This document shows positions 1 through 8,016 of a stretch of 20,000 bases of DNA, one piece after another (the first letter of the stretch is position 1; every line of letters begins with the position of its first letter). The notes below the pieces were generated by a model that ran no database searches, was not told where the DNA came from, and saw only the letters and a program-made list of their open reading frames with translations. Both the position numbers and the translations under genes were made by a program. Origin of the DNA: an uncultured virus (IMG/VR IMGVR_UViG_3300025018_000139) (taxonomy: Duplodnaviria > Heunggongvirae > Uroviricota > Caudoviricetes); the IMG/VR virus record IMGVR_UViG_3300025018_000139; one strand, 5' to 3'.

Positions 1-1
1 T

Positions 2-763
2 TTAGAAGAAAAATCCAATGGAAGAAATGCAATTAAAAATAAAGAATTGCTTTTAGATGAAGATTTGGCATGGCTATTAGGATTGTACACTGGAGATGGC
101 TCTGGAAAACAAACAGTTTCCATATGTCTAGGTGCTCACGAAATTAAAATAATTGAAAAAACAATAGAAATAGCTAAAAAATTAAAATATAAGACTTCTT
201 TTGGATGTTCTCAAAAAACTGTTTCAGATATAAAATTCGGAGGGCCAACATTGGCAAAAGCATTCAAAAAATGGTGTGGAAGTGGAGCTAAAAATAAAAA
301 GATTCCTGATTTTATATTGCTAAACGAAAATAAAAATATAGTAAAATCTTATCTTCAAGGACTTATAGATAGCGATGGCTATATAGCCAAAAAAAATAAA
401 AACCCAACATATGGAGTAGATACAAGTTCTAAATTACTTGCATCACATATTAGATTATTATTGTCTAAACTTGACATTGGATTCCATGGCCGAACTTGGT
501 ATCAAAAAGATAGATATATAAATAATAAATTTTATAAAGGAGGTACTCCTATGTATAGAACCAATTGGAGCTGGGAGCCTTCTTTTAGTGAAAGAAATTT
601 TTGTGGAAAAGTAATACAATCATATTCACATAGCTGGAAAAACACTTCTGAGGGGATCGCAATTCCAATTAAGTCAATTTCTTCAGAAGAATGGTCGGGC
701 ACCGTTTACGATATAAACACTGATGATAGTTCATTTATCGTAAACGGTGCCCTTGTCCACAAT
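2..763 (+). mobile_element. Intein with LAGLIDADG (DOD) homing endonuclease; C-terminal part only, splice junction HN|C at 763/764
   Basis: Block C LAWLLGLYTGDGS, block D KKIPDFIL, block E YLQGLIDSDGY, block H TSSKLLASHIRLLLSKLDI, block F VYDINTDDSSFIVNG, block G ALVHN followed by Cys+1 (CAC 758-760, AAT 761-763, TGT 764-766). Confidence 0.93.
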
Positions 764-1699
764 TGTGACTTTGCTGTAAATTCCTTAATTGATGAAAGCA
801 GACTCCCGCCAGGCGGACTAATACCAGGAAAATGGAAAGAAGTTTTGCCAGAGCATCGTCACCTATATTCTGCTGATACATTGGATGCTATGGAAAAGTT
901 TCGTAACATGGTTTGCAGTTGGTCCAAAGGAGAATCTGCCGACTGGTATTATGAGCAAATAAATGAAAATAGAGATATATTTGACAAACTAAATAAAGAG
1001 AATGTTCTTGCGTTGTCTGATGATCATGGAAAATGGGAAGAGCTTTCCTCTGAAGAAAAAGAAATTGTTGAAAACAATGTAAATAGAATTACAGAAGAAG
1101 CTGCTGAAACATGCAACAATAGCAATCATTGGGGAAGTGTTTCATCAAAAGTTCGGGAAATTATAAATGAGATACTAAAAGGAAAAATTGATTGGATTGA
1201 TCTTTTAAAGTACTTTGTTGGAAATAGCTTAACTTCGCACCAGCATTCAACCATAAAAAAGATAAATCGAAGATATCCTTATATTCACCCAGGAAAAAAA
1301 AGAATAAGAACAGCCAATATTGCTGTTTGCGTCGATCAAAGTGGCTCTATTGATAATAAGGATTTGGCAAAGTTTTTTTCGGAACTAAATGGGTTGGCAG
1401 ATCATACAGAATTTATTGTTATTCCATTTGATTCGCAGGTAATAGAAGATCAAATTTTTACATGGGAAAAAGGGCAACAGCTAATGCCTGAAAGAGTTGC
1501 ACGTGGAGGAACAGATTTTGATGTTCCAACCAATTGGACTAATGAAAATTCTGACAAGTATGATGCTGTTATTTTTATGACAGACGGATTTTGTTCTAAA
1601 CCAATTGATAGCAAAATTCCAAGATGCTGGGTGATCTCTCCGAAAGGAAGACTTCTTTTTGAAACAGACGAATTAAAAATACAAATGCAAAATAGTTAA
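2..1699 (+). CDS. DUF2201-type putative metallopeptidase / VWA-domain protein, 5'-truncated by the window edge and interrupted by an intein
   Basis: Frame is open from base 2 (LEEKSNGRNAIKNKELLLDED...). After the intein the protein resumes CDFAVNS, matching the NxAxDxAIN motif of DUF2201_N proteins. The C-terminal part has IDWxxLL, RRYP, MIDAS motif DQSGS, GGTDF and FMTDG, typical of the DUF2201 VWA-like domain. Confidence 0.85.
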   Translation, partial: LEEKSNGRNAIKNKELLLDEDLAWLLGLYTGDGSGKQTVSICLGAHEIKIIEKTIEIAKKLKYKTSFGCSQKTVSDIKFGGPTLAKAFKKWCGSGAKNKKIPDFILLNENKNIVKSYLQGLIDSDGYIAKKNKNPTYGVDTSSKLLASHIRLLLSKLDIGFHGRTWYQKDRYINNKFYKGGTPMYRTNWSWEPSFSERNFCGKVIQSYSHSWKNTSEGIAIPIKSISSEEWSGTVYDINTDDSSFIVNGALVHNCDFAVNSLIDESRLPPGGLIPGKWKEVLPEHRHLYSADTLDAMEKFRNMVCSWSKGESADWYYEQINENRDIFDKLNKENVLALSDDHGKWEELSSEEKEIVENNVNRITEEAAETCNNSNHWGSVSSKVREIINEILKGKIDWIDLLKYFVGNSLTSHQHSTIKKINRRYPYIHPGKKRIRTANIAVCVDQSGSIDNKDLAKFFSELNGLADHTEFIVIPFDSQVIEDQIFTWEKGQQLMPERVARGGTDFDVPTNWTNENSDKYDAVIFMTDGFCSKPIDSKIPRCWVISPKGRLLFETDELKIQMQNS

Positions 1700-1727
1700 A
1701 TTTGCTGGGGGCTCTGCATTATGCAAA

Positions 1728-1880
1728 GTGGGAAACGTCGACAAAGAGAAACTATATAAAAAACTAAAGATGTTGCGAGACTTACGTCAAATACAAAAAA
1801 AACAAGAAGAAGAAAAAGATGAGCATGATTACCTTCTCAGTCTCATAAGAAGTGGCTCATTCAACTTTGAAAGACCATAA
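1728..1880 (+). CDS. Small hypothetical protein (50 aa, charged, helical)
   Basis: Read manually and not in the ORF track: GTG start, VGNVDKEKLYKKLKMLRDLRQIQKKQEEEKDEHDYLLSLIRSGSFNFERP*. Fills the gap between the 1699 stop and the convergent GNAT gene. Confidence 0.45.
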   Translation: MGNVDKEKLYKKLKMLRDLRQIQKKQEEEKDEHDYLLSLIRSGSFNFERP

Positions 1881-2285
1881 GATAAAACCTTCTTCTTTGA
1901 ATTTTTTTGGAGCATCAATCCATTCTTTAAATCCACAATCTTTTAGATTTTTGATTGAATAGTGATTATTGACGCTCGTATATGTTACAATTTGCTTAAG
2001 TCCGAGAGTCCTTCCTGCCTCTATTCTTTTTTCTATTAGCATTTTTTGAATGCCTTGGCCTCTTTTGTTAGGAGCAACTCCAACACGTGCTAAAAAATAA
2101 GAATCGCCCATCTTGCAGGCTGATGCATAGCCAATAACCTCTTTGTTTTCGTCATAAGCAAACCACCAAGAATACTTTGGTAAACCAAGAAGCGGCAAGA
2201 GATCTTCAGGAAAACAAATTTTATCTAAATTTCTAAGAATGCAGTGATTCTTAAATGTCTTTCTAACTTTTTTAATCTCGACCAT
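1857..2285 (-). CDS. GNAT-family N-acetyltransferase
   Basis: Acetyl-CoA motif A LARVGVAPNKRGQGIQKMLI and motif B NNHYSIKNLKDCGF. Confidence 0.9.
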   Translation of the reverse strand: MVEIKKVRKTFKNHCILRNLDKICFPEDLLPLLGLPKYSWWFAYDENKEVIGYASACKMGDSYFLARVGVAPNKRGQGIQKMLIEKRIEAGRTLGLKQIVTYTSVNNHYSIKNLKDCGFKEWIDAPKKFKEEGFILWSFKVE

Positions 2286-2290
2286 AAGGA

Positions 2291-2299
2291 ATTATATCA
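2291..2299 (-). promoter_or_regulatory. Extended -10 promoter (TGATATAAT) 5 nt upstream of the GNAT ATG; probably leaderless
   Basis: Minus strand reads TGA-TATAAT-TCCTT-ATG. It overlaps the start codon of the divergent gene at 2299. Confidence 0.55.
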
Positions 2300-2556
2300 T
2301 GTCTACAAAAAAAGAAGAACTAAAATTTAAAATTGGAGATTTAGTAAAAATTAACTATGAACCCGAAATAGGCAGAATATCAAATCTAAATGAACGCCAA
2401 ATTGGTCGAAACATGAGACCTGCACTTATTATCAATATAATTGAAAAAGAATCAATAGGAGATTTTAATTCATTTGATACATTGTATCGATACAATGTGC
2501 TTGTTGGAAGAGAGGTTATTGAAATTGATCAAAAATGCCTTGTTCCTATCGTTTGA
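2299..2556 (+). CDS. Hypothetical protein, KOW/SH3-like small beta-barrel
   Basis: N-terminal FKIGDLVKI motif and beta-rich C-terminus; AAGGA 8 nt before the ATG. Confidence 0.65.
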   Translation: MSTKKEELKFKIGDLVKINYEPEIGRISNLNERQIGRNMRPALIINIIEKESIGDFNSFDTLYRYNVLVGREVIEIDQKCLVPIV

Positions 2557-2580
2557 AAAGAAAACGTGATATTTATAGCC

Positions 2581-3030
2581 ATGGCAACATTTGATACAAA
2601 CGTTGATAATAAAAGCAGAGCAGCAGGAATCATGCCAATTTCTGCCAACTCTGGGCGGTTCCTTCTTGCATTGAGGCACGAAGGGGTTTATTCTACAATT
2701 GGAGGATATCTTCGTTGGGGCGAAAAGTGCGCAGAAGGCGCAATAAGGGAGTTTGTTGAAGAAACCATGTATGATGGCCCTCTTTTGCTTTTAAAGGGAT
2801 ATACTCACCAAAGTCCCGTCAAAAATTTTTCATATGTTAATTTTTTGGGAATATGCCCCCAAGAATTTGAGCCTGTTCTCGATCAAGAAAATATTGAAGC
2901 CGAATGGTTTAGTTTGTCCCAGCTCTATGCCGGAGAATTGCCTCTTCATAAGGATTTTGAGTCCTTTTTGGTAGAAGCGAGGCCTCTTATCGACTCCACC
3001 ATCAAAAGTTTGGGCCTCCTAAACCCTTGA
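2581..3030 (+). CDS. Nudix hydrolase
   Basis: Nudix box GGYLRWGEKCAEGAIREFVEET, plus AAGIM...FLLALR and ENIEAEWF. The ATG at 2581 is preferred over GTG 2566 because of the ATATTTA-N5-ATG motif. Confidence 0.85.
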   Translation: MATFDTNVDNKSRAAGIMPISANSGRFLLALRHEGVYSTIGGYLRWGEKCAEGAIREFVEETMYDGPLLLLKGYTHQSPVKNFSYVNFLGICPQEFEPVLDQENIEAEWFSLSQLYAGELPLHKDFESFLVEARPLIDSTIKSLGLLNP

Positions 3031-3055
3031 CACCCATCCTTCTAGGATCTATGCT
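3027..3055 (+). promoter_or_regulatory. Sigma70-type promoter TTGACA-N17-TATGCT, 6 nt before ATG 3062 (leaderless)
   Basis: TTGACA 3027-3032, 17-bp spacer, TATGCT 3050-3055, then TGGTGC-ATG. It heads a co-directional + strand run extending to about 7290. Confidence 0.75.
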
Positions 3056-3061
3056 TGGTGC

Positions 3062-3367
3062 ATGCACCTGTTCGACCTTCATACGTTCGACCACACCACT
3101 CAGCGCCTACCAATGGATATGCTCCAGAACATGGAGTTACCAGAAGTGCCAGACGAACTAAAAGGTGTTCTTTCTGTAAATTGGAAAGGAAAATACGGAA
3201 TTCCCGCACCTTCGGCTGTTGCTGCTCTGACAAACAAATCGGGCTGGCCGATGGTTGTTTTTTCAATGGTCTGGCATAGTAAAATTATCGAAGAGGAATA
3301 TCCTTTCAAAACGGCCAAAAGCGAGTTTGAAATCTTTTCACAAGTGGCCCAAGAAAATTTGGTTTAA
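3062..3367 (+). CDS. Hypothetical protein (101 aa)
   Basis: ORF begins exactly at the predicted transcription start and tiles with its neighbours. Confidence 0.7.
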   Translation: MHLFDLHTFDHTTQRLPMDMLQNMELPEVPDELKGVLSVNWKGKYGIPAPSAVAALTNKSGWPMVVFSMVWHSKIIEEEYPFKTAKSEFEIFSQVAQENLV

Positions 3368-3369
3368 AT

Positions 3370-3747
3370 ATGTAAGAATTCAATGAAGAAAACTTTAAAG
3401 AAGTTGATGCTTGCTTAAGTTATCTCACTTTTCTCACTCCTTACTTAGTCTCTCAATGGGAAAAGGAAAAAGGAGTTCTTTGGCACCAAAAAACATTTCC
3501 TCCAAAAGGAAAAGTATTCCATATTTTTACAGATGTAACTTGTGCAATTCTTTTAGGGATATTGCTTGAAATAAACAGGCAAGCCTGGAGTTCTCGTTTC
3601 CTATATGTTAAAATGGTAGAAGATGGCACGTGGGAAGTTTGGGACATTCATCATAAAACAGGCATGTGGCAATGGGTAGCATCTGGCCCTACCGAATTTG
3701 AAGCACTTATTGAATCGTTAAAGAAAACAAAAAATGAAAAAGATTAA
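3370..3747 (+). pseudogene. Hypothetical protein with an in-frame TAA at codon 2 (open 3376-3747); alternatively a 61-aa CDS from TTG 3562
   Basis: ATG 3370, TAA 3373, then an uninterrupted frame EFNEENFKEVDACLSYL...GPTEFEALIESLKKTKNEKD*. The ATG lies 2 nt after the upstream stop. Confidence 0.55.
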
Positions 3748-3967
3748 ATTTTATTGGGACTCGCCGCTTTCTCTCTTTGATGTTACCATTGGTGACAATT
3801 GGGAGTTTCGATTTTTTGCACCAGAACACATGCTTAAGTGGTATTGGAATCTCCGAGGTTATGAAGGAATATGGCGAGAATATTCATTTGGAATGTTTGT
3901 TAAGTTGTCAATTGTTGATGAAGAAATGGTAAGCGCCATGGAGGAGTTCATGGACCGTCGAGGATGA
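3734..3967 (+). CDS. Hypothetical protein (77 aa, aromatic-rich)
   Basis: Short overlap with the upstream ORF and tiles the operon. Confidence 0.65.
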   Translation: MKKIKFYWDSPLSLFDVTIGDNWEFRFFAPEHMLKWYWNLRGYEGIWREYSFGMFVKLSIVDEEMVSAMEEFMDRRG

Positions 3968-4019
3968 CCGTGGTCGACTGGACTTAGTTGTTGAAAAATC
4001 AGAAAATGAAGAATAAATT

Positions 4020-4781
4020 ATGCGAAGCGATATGGCAAAAAAGCTGTGTGAACGTCCTCGAACGAATGATGGTTGGGGTCGAATGGACACTTATGTCCGA
4101 AACAATAAAATTCGAGTTCAGGAGCTAGAAGAAGACGAAGATGGTGACGGAAATATCATTCTTGACGTTGATGACAGTGGCCGCTCACGACATCCCATGA
4201 GCATCGGACGAGGCTCAAAGGAGCTTGGAGAAAATTTGGCTCCTCTTTATCGCTTTTTGGACAAACAGGTCGGCCGCCCTTGGGACAAGGTTTATAGCGA
4301 AATTCGAGAACAGGTTAGCGCAAATAGTGCAACTCAAATTCATATTCTTCAGCATGCCGAAACTCATGTTAGCGGATTTCAAGAAACCTTGATTATAAAA
4401 GAAGATGGAAAGATTTATAGTGGAAATTATGGATATGAGCTTTCAAACGATGAGCTTTATATTCATCCTGAAACCAAAATTCTTTGCAAGTACAAAACTG
4501 ATAAAAAAAAGTACCTATACAAATTTTGGCAAAATGTACATAATGTCAAAGAAAAAGACATTTTAAAAATTGAAGATTGTATCTATTTCGCCAAAATGAA
4601 TGGAACCTGGTATGAAATCACTTACGAGCAAAAATGGTCTCATGAAAATTATAAGTTTTCATTTAAGTCCTATTTTTTGAATTTTTGTGGACATCCTTTG
4701 GATTTCAAATACGGATACAAATTGCCATACGAAAAAAGAGCTATTCCAAAAAGCATTTTAAAGAGAATGGGACTAAAATGA
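4020..4781 (+). CDS. Conserved-type hypothetical protein (253 aa)
   Basis: Motifs MRxDMxKxxxERPR and ENLAPLxRFLxKQVGRPWDKVYSEI resemble a bacterial/phage hypothetical family I recall. ATGA-coupled to the downstream CCA gene. Confidence 0.8.
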   Translation: MRSDMAKKLCERPRTNDGWGRMDTYVRNNKIRVQELEEDEDGDGNIILDVDDSGRSRHPMSIGRGSKELGENLAPLYRFLDKQVGRPWDKVYSEIREQVSANSATQIHILQHAETHVSGFQETLIIKEDGKIYSGNYGYELSNDELYIHPETKILCKYKTDKKKYLYKFWQNVHNVKEKDILKIEDCIYFAKMNGTWYEITYEQKWSHENYKFSFKSYFLNFCGHPLDFKYGYKLPYEKRAIPKSILKRMGLK

Positions 4782-6085
4782 CAAAAAATAAAATCATTAA
4801 AGCAATTGAAGATCGTGGCGGAGAAGTTTTTATTGTCGGAGGAGCCGTACGTGATGATTTGCTTGGTCTTGAAAGTAAAGATATTGACTTCTTGGTCAGG
4901 CTCCTTACTTTCGATGAAATAAAAGAATCGATTTCTCACCTTGGAAAGGTTTTGGACCAAGAAGTTGGAGGCAAAGTCTCGATGCTCAAGATTACGATTG
5001 ATGGTGAAGAATTTGATATCGCAATTCCTAGGACAAGCGAAGTAAGTACGGGCTCTGGGCATGGTGATTTTAGCATTGTCATGGATCCTCATGCATCGGT
5101 GGAATCCGATTTATCTCGACGTGATTTTACAATCAATGCGCTTGCCAGGGATGCTAAAGGAAATATTATTGATTCCTTTGGTGGACTAAAAGATATTGAA
5201 GATAAGCTTATTCGAGCAGTTGGAGAGCCCGAAGCTCGATTTATAGAAGATCCTTTGCGAATGCTGCGAGCTTTGCAGTTTGCCGTTCGGTTTGGATTTG
5301 AAATAGAAGAAAAAACTGCAAAAGCTATAAAAAATCTGAAAGGGCTCATTAAAACGATTTCAAGTGAAAGAATTTTCATGGAATTTGAAAAGGCTTGGAC
5401 AAAGGGAAAAAATCAAGAAGCATTTGTAAGAATGCTTCTTGATTTTCAAATTGGAACCGAGTTGTTTGGTTCCAAATTCGAACCTATTGCAATTGAAATC
5501 GAAGGAACAAACCAAGAAAAAGTCCTTTCGGGATTTATTAGTCTTTTTCTTTTTCATAAGCCCGGATTTGTTCTTGAGCCAGGCATTATACAAACTACAA
5601 ATAGAATGGCAAATCACTTAAGAATTGCTTGGGATTTTCTGCATTTAAAATCAGAAATTTGGAAATGGGCAGATCGTTCTCATTTAGCATTCTTTAATAA
5701 ATTCTTTACAGCTTTGAAAAATAGAGAGTGTGACTGCGAAAATGGAGTCATATGGCTTTCCGAATCAGAAATCGTTGATGAATTAACGTCGGCACGAGGA
5801 AATGGGGAATCAATTTCATTTAGCTTTGGATTCGGAGGAAAAGAAAGAACTTGGCGTGATTGTAAAAAATGCAAACCAGACTTTGAAGAAATTGTTAATT
5901 TCATCGAATTTTGCAAATCATGTCCAATGTCAGCAAAAGAACTTGATATTTCTGGGAATGAATTGATGGATTTTGGATTTGAAGGAAAAGAAATTGGAAT
6001 AATCCAAAACAAAATATTGAATGCAATATTTGAAGAAGAAATTTCCAACAAGAAAGAAGAAATATTAAAATGGATTCAAAACTAA
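4778..6085 (+). CDS. cca: Class II tRNA nucleotidyltransferase (CCA-adding enzyme), no HD domain
   Basis: Motif A VGGAVRDDLLG...KDIDF, motif B DLSRRDFTINA, motif C GGLKDI, motif D FIEDPLRMLRA, motif E SSERIFMEFEK, and C-terminal LDISGNELM...GKEIG. Start is the ATG at 4778 overlapping the upstream TGA. Confidence 0.9.
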   Translation: MTKNKIIKAIEDRGGEVFIVGGAVRDDLLGLESKDIDFLVRLLTFDEIKESISHLGKVLDQEVGGKVSMLKITIDGEEFDIAIPRTSEVSTGSGHGDFSIVMDPHASVESDLSRRDFTINALARDAKGNIIDSFGGLKDIEDKLIRAVGEPEARFIEDPLRMLRALQFAVRFGFEIEEKTAKAIKNLKGLIKTISSERIFMEFEKAWTKGKNQEAFVRMLLDFQIGTELFGSKFEPIAIEIEGTNQEKVLSGFISLFLFHKPGFVLEPGIIQTTNRMANHLRIAWDFLHLKSEIWKWADRSHLAFFNKFFTALKNRECDCENGVIWLSESEIVDELTSARGNGESISFSFGFGGKERTWRDCKKCKPDFEEIVNFIEFCKSCPMSAKELDISGNELMDFGFEGKEIGIIQNKILNAIFEEEISNKKEEILKWIQN

Positions 6086-6606
6086 AAGAGAAATATGATG
6101 TTGTTTATCGCAGGATTGGAGGAGTTGGCGTCGCTGTAATTCGACGAAATGAAGAAGATATTCTTTCCTGGCTTCCTCAGCAAAACTTCTCAGGAGAAGA
6201 TGGAAGCCCTATCTCAAGAAAACAATGTCCAGATGCCTGGAAGGTCGCTGATGTTCTTTCTTCGACTCATTTGCTAGTTTATCTTGCTCGAAAAGAAGCA
6301 AGAACTCTTGCAAAAATGTTTGCACGTGATTGCCAAAAGATTCCTAGGGGTTTTACTTCGCTAAAAATAGACGAGCATAATTTATTGCTTTTTTGGGTTT
6401 ATCAATGCATGAAAGAAGAGCATCTTCGAGGAGTTAAAGCAGGAATTAATTTTAAGCATGAAGACTCTCATGTTTCTCATGTCTTTGAGATGTTAAGATG
6501 GGAAGATGATGGAACCGAGGATGAAATATGGGGTGGCTACAAAAAAGGAAAAGAAATCATTAAAAAACTTTGTATTAAGGCAGGAATGAAGGAATTTACA
6601 AAATGA
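6070..6606 (+). CDS. Hypothetical protein (178 aa)
   Basis: Long ORF overlapping the cca stop; no motif recognised. Confidence 0.75.
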   Translation: MDSKLKEKYDVVYRRIGGVGVAVIRRNEEDILSWLPQQNFSGEDGSPISRKQCPDAWKVADVLSSTHLLVYLARKEARTLAKMFARDCQKIPRGFTSLKIDEHNLLLFWVYQCMKEEHLRGVKAGINFKHEDSHVSHVFEMLRWEDDGTEDEIWGGYKKGKEIIKKLCIKAGMKEFTK

Positions 6607-6728
6607 ATATTTTAGCTTGTGGATGTGGTGGAATTCTTGAAATTGCAATTGGTGGATTCGGAATGTTTATGGCATCAGTTGTTGGAGTAATGTTTTGGAT
6701 TCGACAAAAAATAGAGAGATATTTATGA
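6603..6728 (+). CDS. Small single-pass membrane protein (41 aa)
   Basis: Read manually: MNILACGCGGILEIAIGGFGMFMASVVGVMFWIRQKIERYL*. Hydrophobic helix followed by a basic tail; ATGA overlap with the upstream gene. Confidence 0.6.
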   Translation: MNILACGCGGILEIAIGGFGMFMASVVGVMFWIRQKIERYL

Positions 6729-6754
6729 TGACCCTCCCGAAGGAGGAAAATGAA

Positions 6755-7172
6755 AAAAGGAATTAGAAAATGAGCACATTTGATTTTAATGATGGAAAAG
6801 GTCCGGTTGCCGCAAGGCGGCATAGAAATCCTGATGGTTCAATCGGTGGTTGGGTTGCAGATTCAGCTTTTGTTTCTAAAGATGCTTGGATTGGTGAAAA
6901 TGCCAAGGTTTTTGGAAATGCTAAAGTTTATGGAAATGCAAAGGTTTATGGAAATGCTTGGGTTTGGGGAGAAGCTTATGTTTTTGGAAATGCTTGGGTT
7001 TCTGGGAAGGCTAAAATTTTTGGAAATGCTAGAATAAGAGGAAAATCAAAGATAAAGAAAAAGATTTTTCAATTTGATTTCAATTATTCTTTCGTCGAAG
7101 AATTTGAAAAGATTGAAGAAAAGGAATTAGAAAATGAGCACATTTGATTTTAATGATGGAAAAGGTCCGGTT
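6755..7172 (+). repeat. 54-bp exact direct repeat (6755-6808 and 7119-7172), continuing as a diverged repeat for about 100 bp more
   Basis: AAAAGGAATTAGAAAATGAGCACATTTGATTTTAATGATGGAAAAGGTCCGGTT occurs twice, 364 bp apart. Confidence 0.95.
6770..7147 (+). CDS. Hexapeptide-repeat (left-handed beta-helix-like) phage protein
   Basis: About 9 tandem [VI]xGNAx hexads (IGENAK VFGNAK VYGNAK VYGNAW VWGEAY VFGNAW VSGKAK IFGNAR) after a GPVxAxRHxNPDGSxGGWVA cap. Confidence 0.85.
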   Translation: MSTFDFNDGKGPVAARRHRNPDGSIGGWVADSAFVSKDAWIGENAKVFGNAKVYGNAKVYGNAWVWGEAYVFGNAWVSGKAKIFGNARIRGKSKIKKKIFQFDFNYSFVEEFEKIEEKELENEHI

Positions 7173-7358
7173 CCGGCCCATCGGCATAAGAATCCTGATG
7201 GATCGGAAGGCGGTTGGGTTGCTGATTCAGTTTTTGTTTCTAAAAATGCTTGGGTTTCTGGTGGAGCTATGGTTTATGGAAGATCAAAAAAAAGCAGCCA
7301 AATGGCTGCTTCTTTTTCATTTATCAAATATTCGAAGCAATGCCAGCAGCAGCTATGA
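7134..7358 (+). pseudogene. Truncated tandem paralog of the hexapeptide-repeat gene
   Basis: Same N-terminus (MSTFDFNDGKGPV). Similarity ends after about 48 aa, and the frame then reads through a terminator and into the antisense of the convergent gene. Confidence 0.6.
7286..7317. terminator. Probable bidirectional intrinsic terminator
   Basis: A-run, AAGCAGCC-AAAT-GGCTGCTT hairpin, then CTTTTT, lying between convergent transcription units. Confidence 0.8.
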
Positions 7359-7563
7359 GAGTCAGTCCAGCCTCTCGTGCATCATTATCAAGCGGAGGAG
7401 GCAATCTCTCAGCTAATGAGCACAAAACCCAGCCAGGGGAAGAGCCAGTTCCAGACACAATAGAAAAAATCTCTTCGTCAGTAAGTTTTCCAGTCTGGAC
7501 TTCTCTAACAATTACAGAAACTGCATTAGCAATTTCCATTCTTTCATGATGTGACAATTTCAT
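7324..7563 (-). CDS. Hypothetical protein (79 aa)
   Basis: Starts 3 nt after the upstream stop and ends just before the terminator. Confidence 0.7.
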   Translation of the reverse strand: MKLSHHERMEIANAVSVIVREVQTGKLTDEEIFSIVSGTGSSPGWVLCSLAERLPPPLDNDAREAGLTLIAAAGIASNI

Positions 7564-7566
7564 TTA

Positions 7567-7941
7567 TCACCAGCCCATATCTTCGTCGTCATTGTCTGGC
7601 CCGAAATCTTGGCGATCAGCCTCATAATCTTCAATGGCCTGATAGATTTCATCAAAATGAGTCTCGCAAAGTTCGTCAAGTTCAGCTCCAGTGCGCGTGA
7701 ACTTGTCACCAGACACCCAAGCGACGGTCACAGTGACTTCGGCCGGATCTCCTGGGTGGTGGTAAGTGTGAGGGGTTCCAGGCTCAAAGTCCCAGTCTTC
7801 CAAATGTAGCTCAAGAGTGTCCCCAACAATTTCTCCGTCTTCATCGATTTCGATGCCAGGAATTTCCAAGACAATTCGACCTCGGTCCTGTGGGTTGAGC
7901 CGTCGCTTGGGGGTCTCTTTTTTGGTGGTCTTGCGTGCCAT
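7567..7941 (-). CDS. Hypothetical protein with basic N-terminus and acidic body (124 aa)
   Basis: ORF preceded by the promoter-like TGGACA-N16-TAAGTT-N6-ATG. Confidence 0.8.
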   Translation of the reverse strand: MARKTTKKETPKRRLNPQDRGRIVLEIPGIEIDEDGEIVGDTLELHLEDWDFEPGTPHTYHHPGDPAEVTVTVAWVSGDKFTRTGAELDELCETHFDEIYQAIEDYEADRQDFGPDNDDEDMGW

Positions 7942-7947
7942 GACAAC

Positions 7948-7975
7948 AACTTAGTCACTCCAAGGGGCTTGTCCA
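7948..7975 (-). promoter_or_regulatory. Sigma70-like promoter TGGACA-N16-TAAGTT, 6 nt before ATG 7941 (leaderless)
   Basis: Read on the minus strand; same -10-to-ATG geometry as the 3027-3055 promoter. Confidence 0.45.
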
Positions 7976-8016
7976 TAGGGAGTTTTGTAAACGCCAGGTT
8001 ACAAGAGGCATTATTG

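Noticed and set aside
4685..4777. N-terminal extension of the CCA enzyme in the ORF track
   Set aside because: It overlaps the upstream gene; ATG 4778 gives ATGA coupling and a normal distance to motif A.
4778..6085. Poly(A) polymerase (pcnB)
   Set aside because: The PAP signature [LIV][LIV]G[RK][RK]F is absent (EVGGKVS here), while the flexible loop with basic/acidic residues and EDxxR fit a CCA-type enzyme.
6890..7050. CRISPR-like periodic repeats
   Set aside because: These are 18-bp in-frame coding repeats without unique spacers.
6755..7290. Diversity-generating retroelement TR/VR pair
   Set aside because: Mismatches between the copies are not adenine-specific, the repeat is at the 5' end of the genes, and no reverse transcriptase is in the window.
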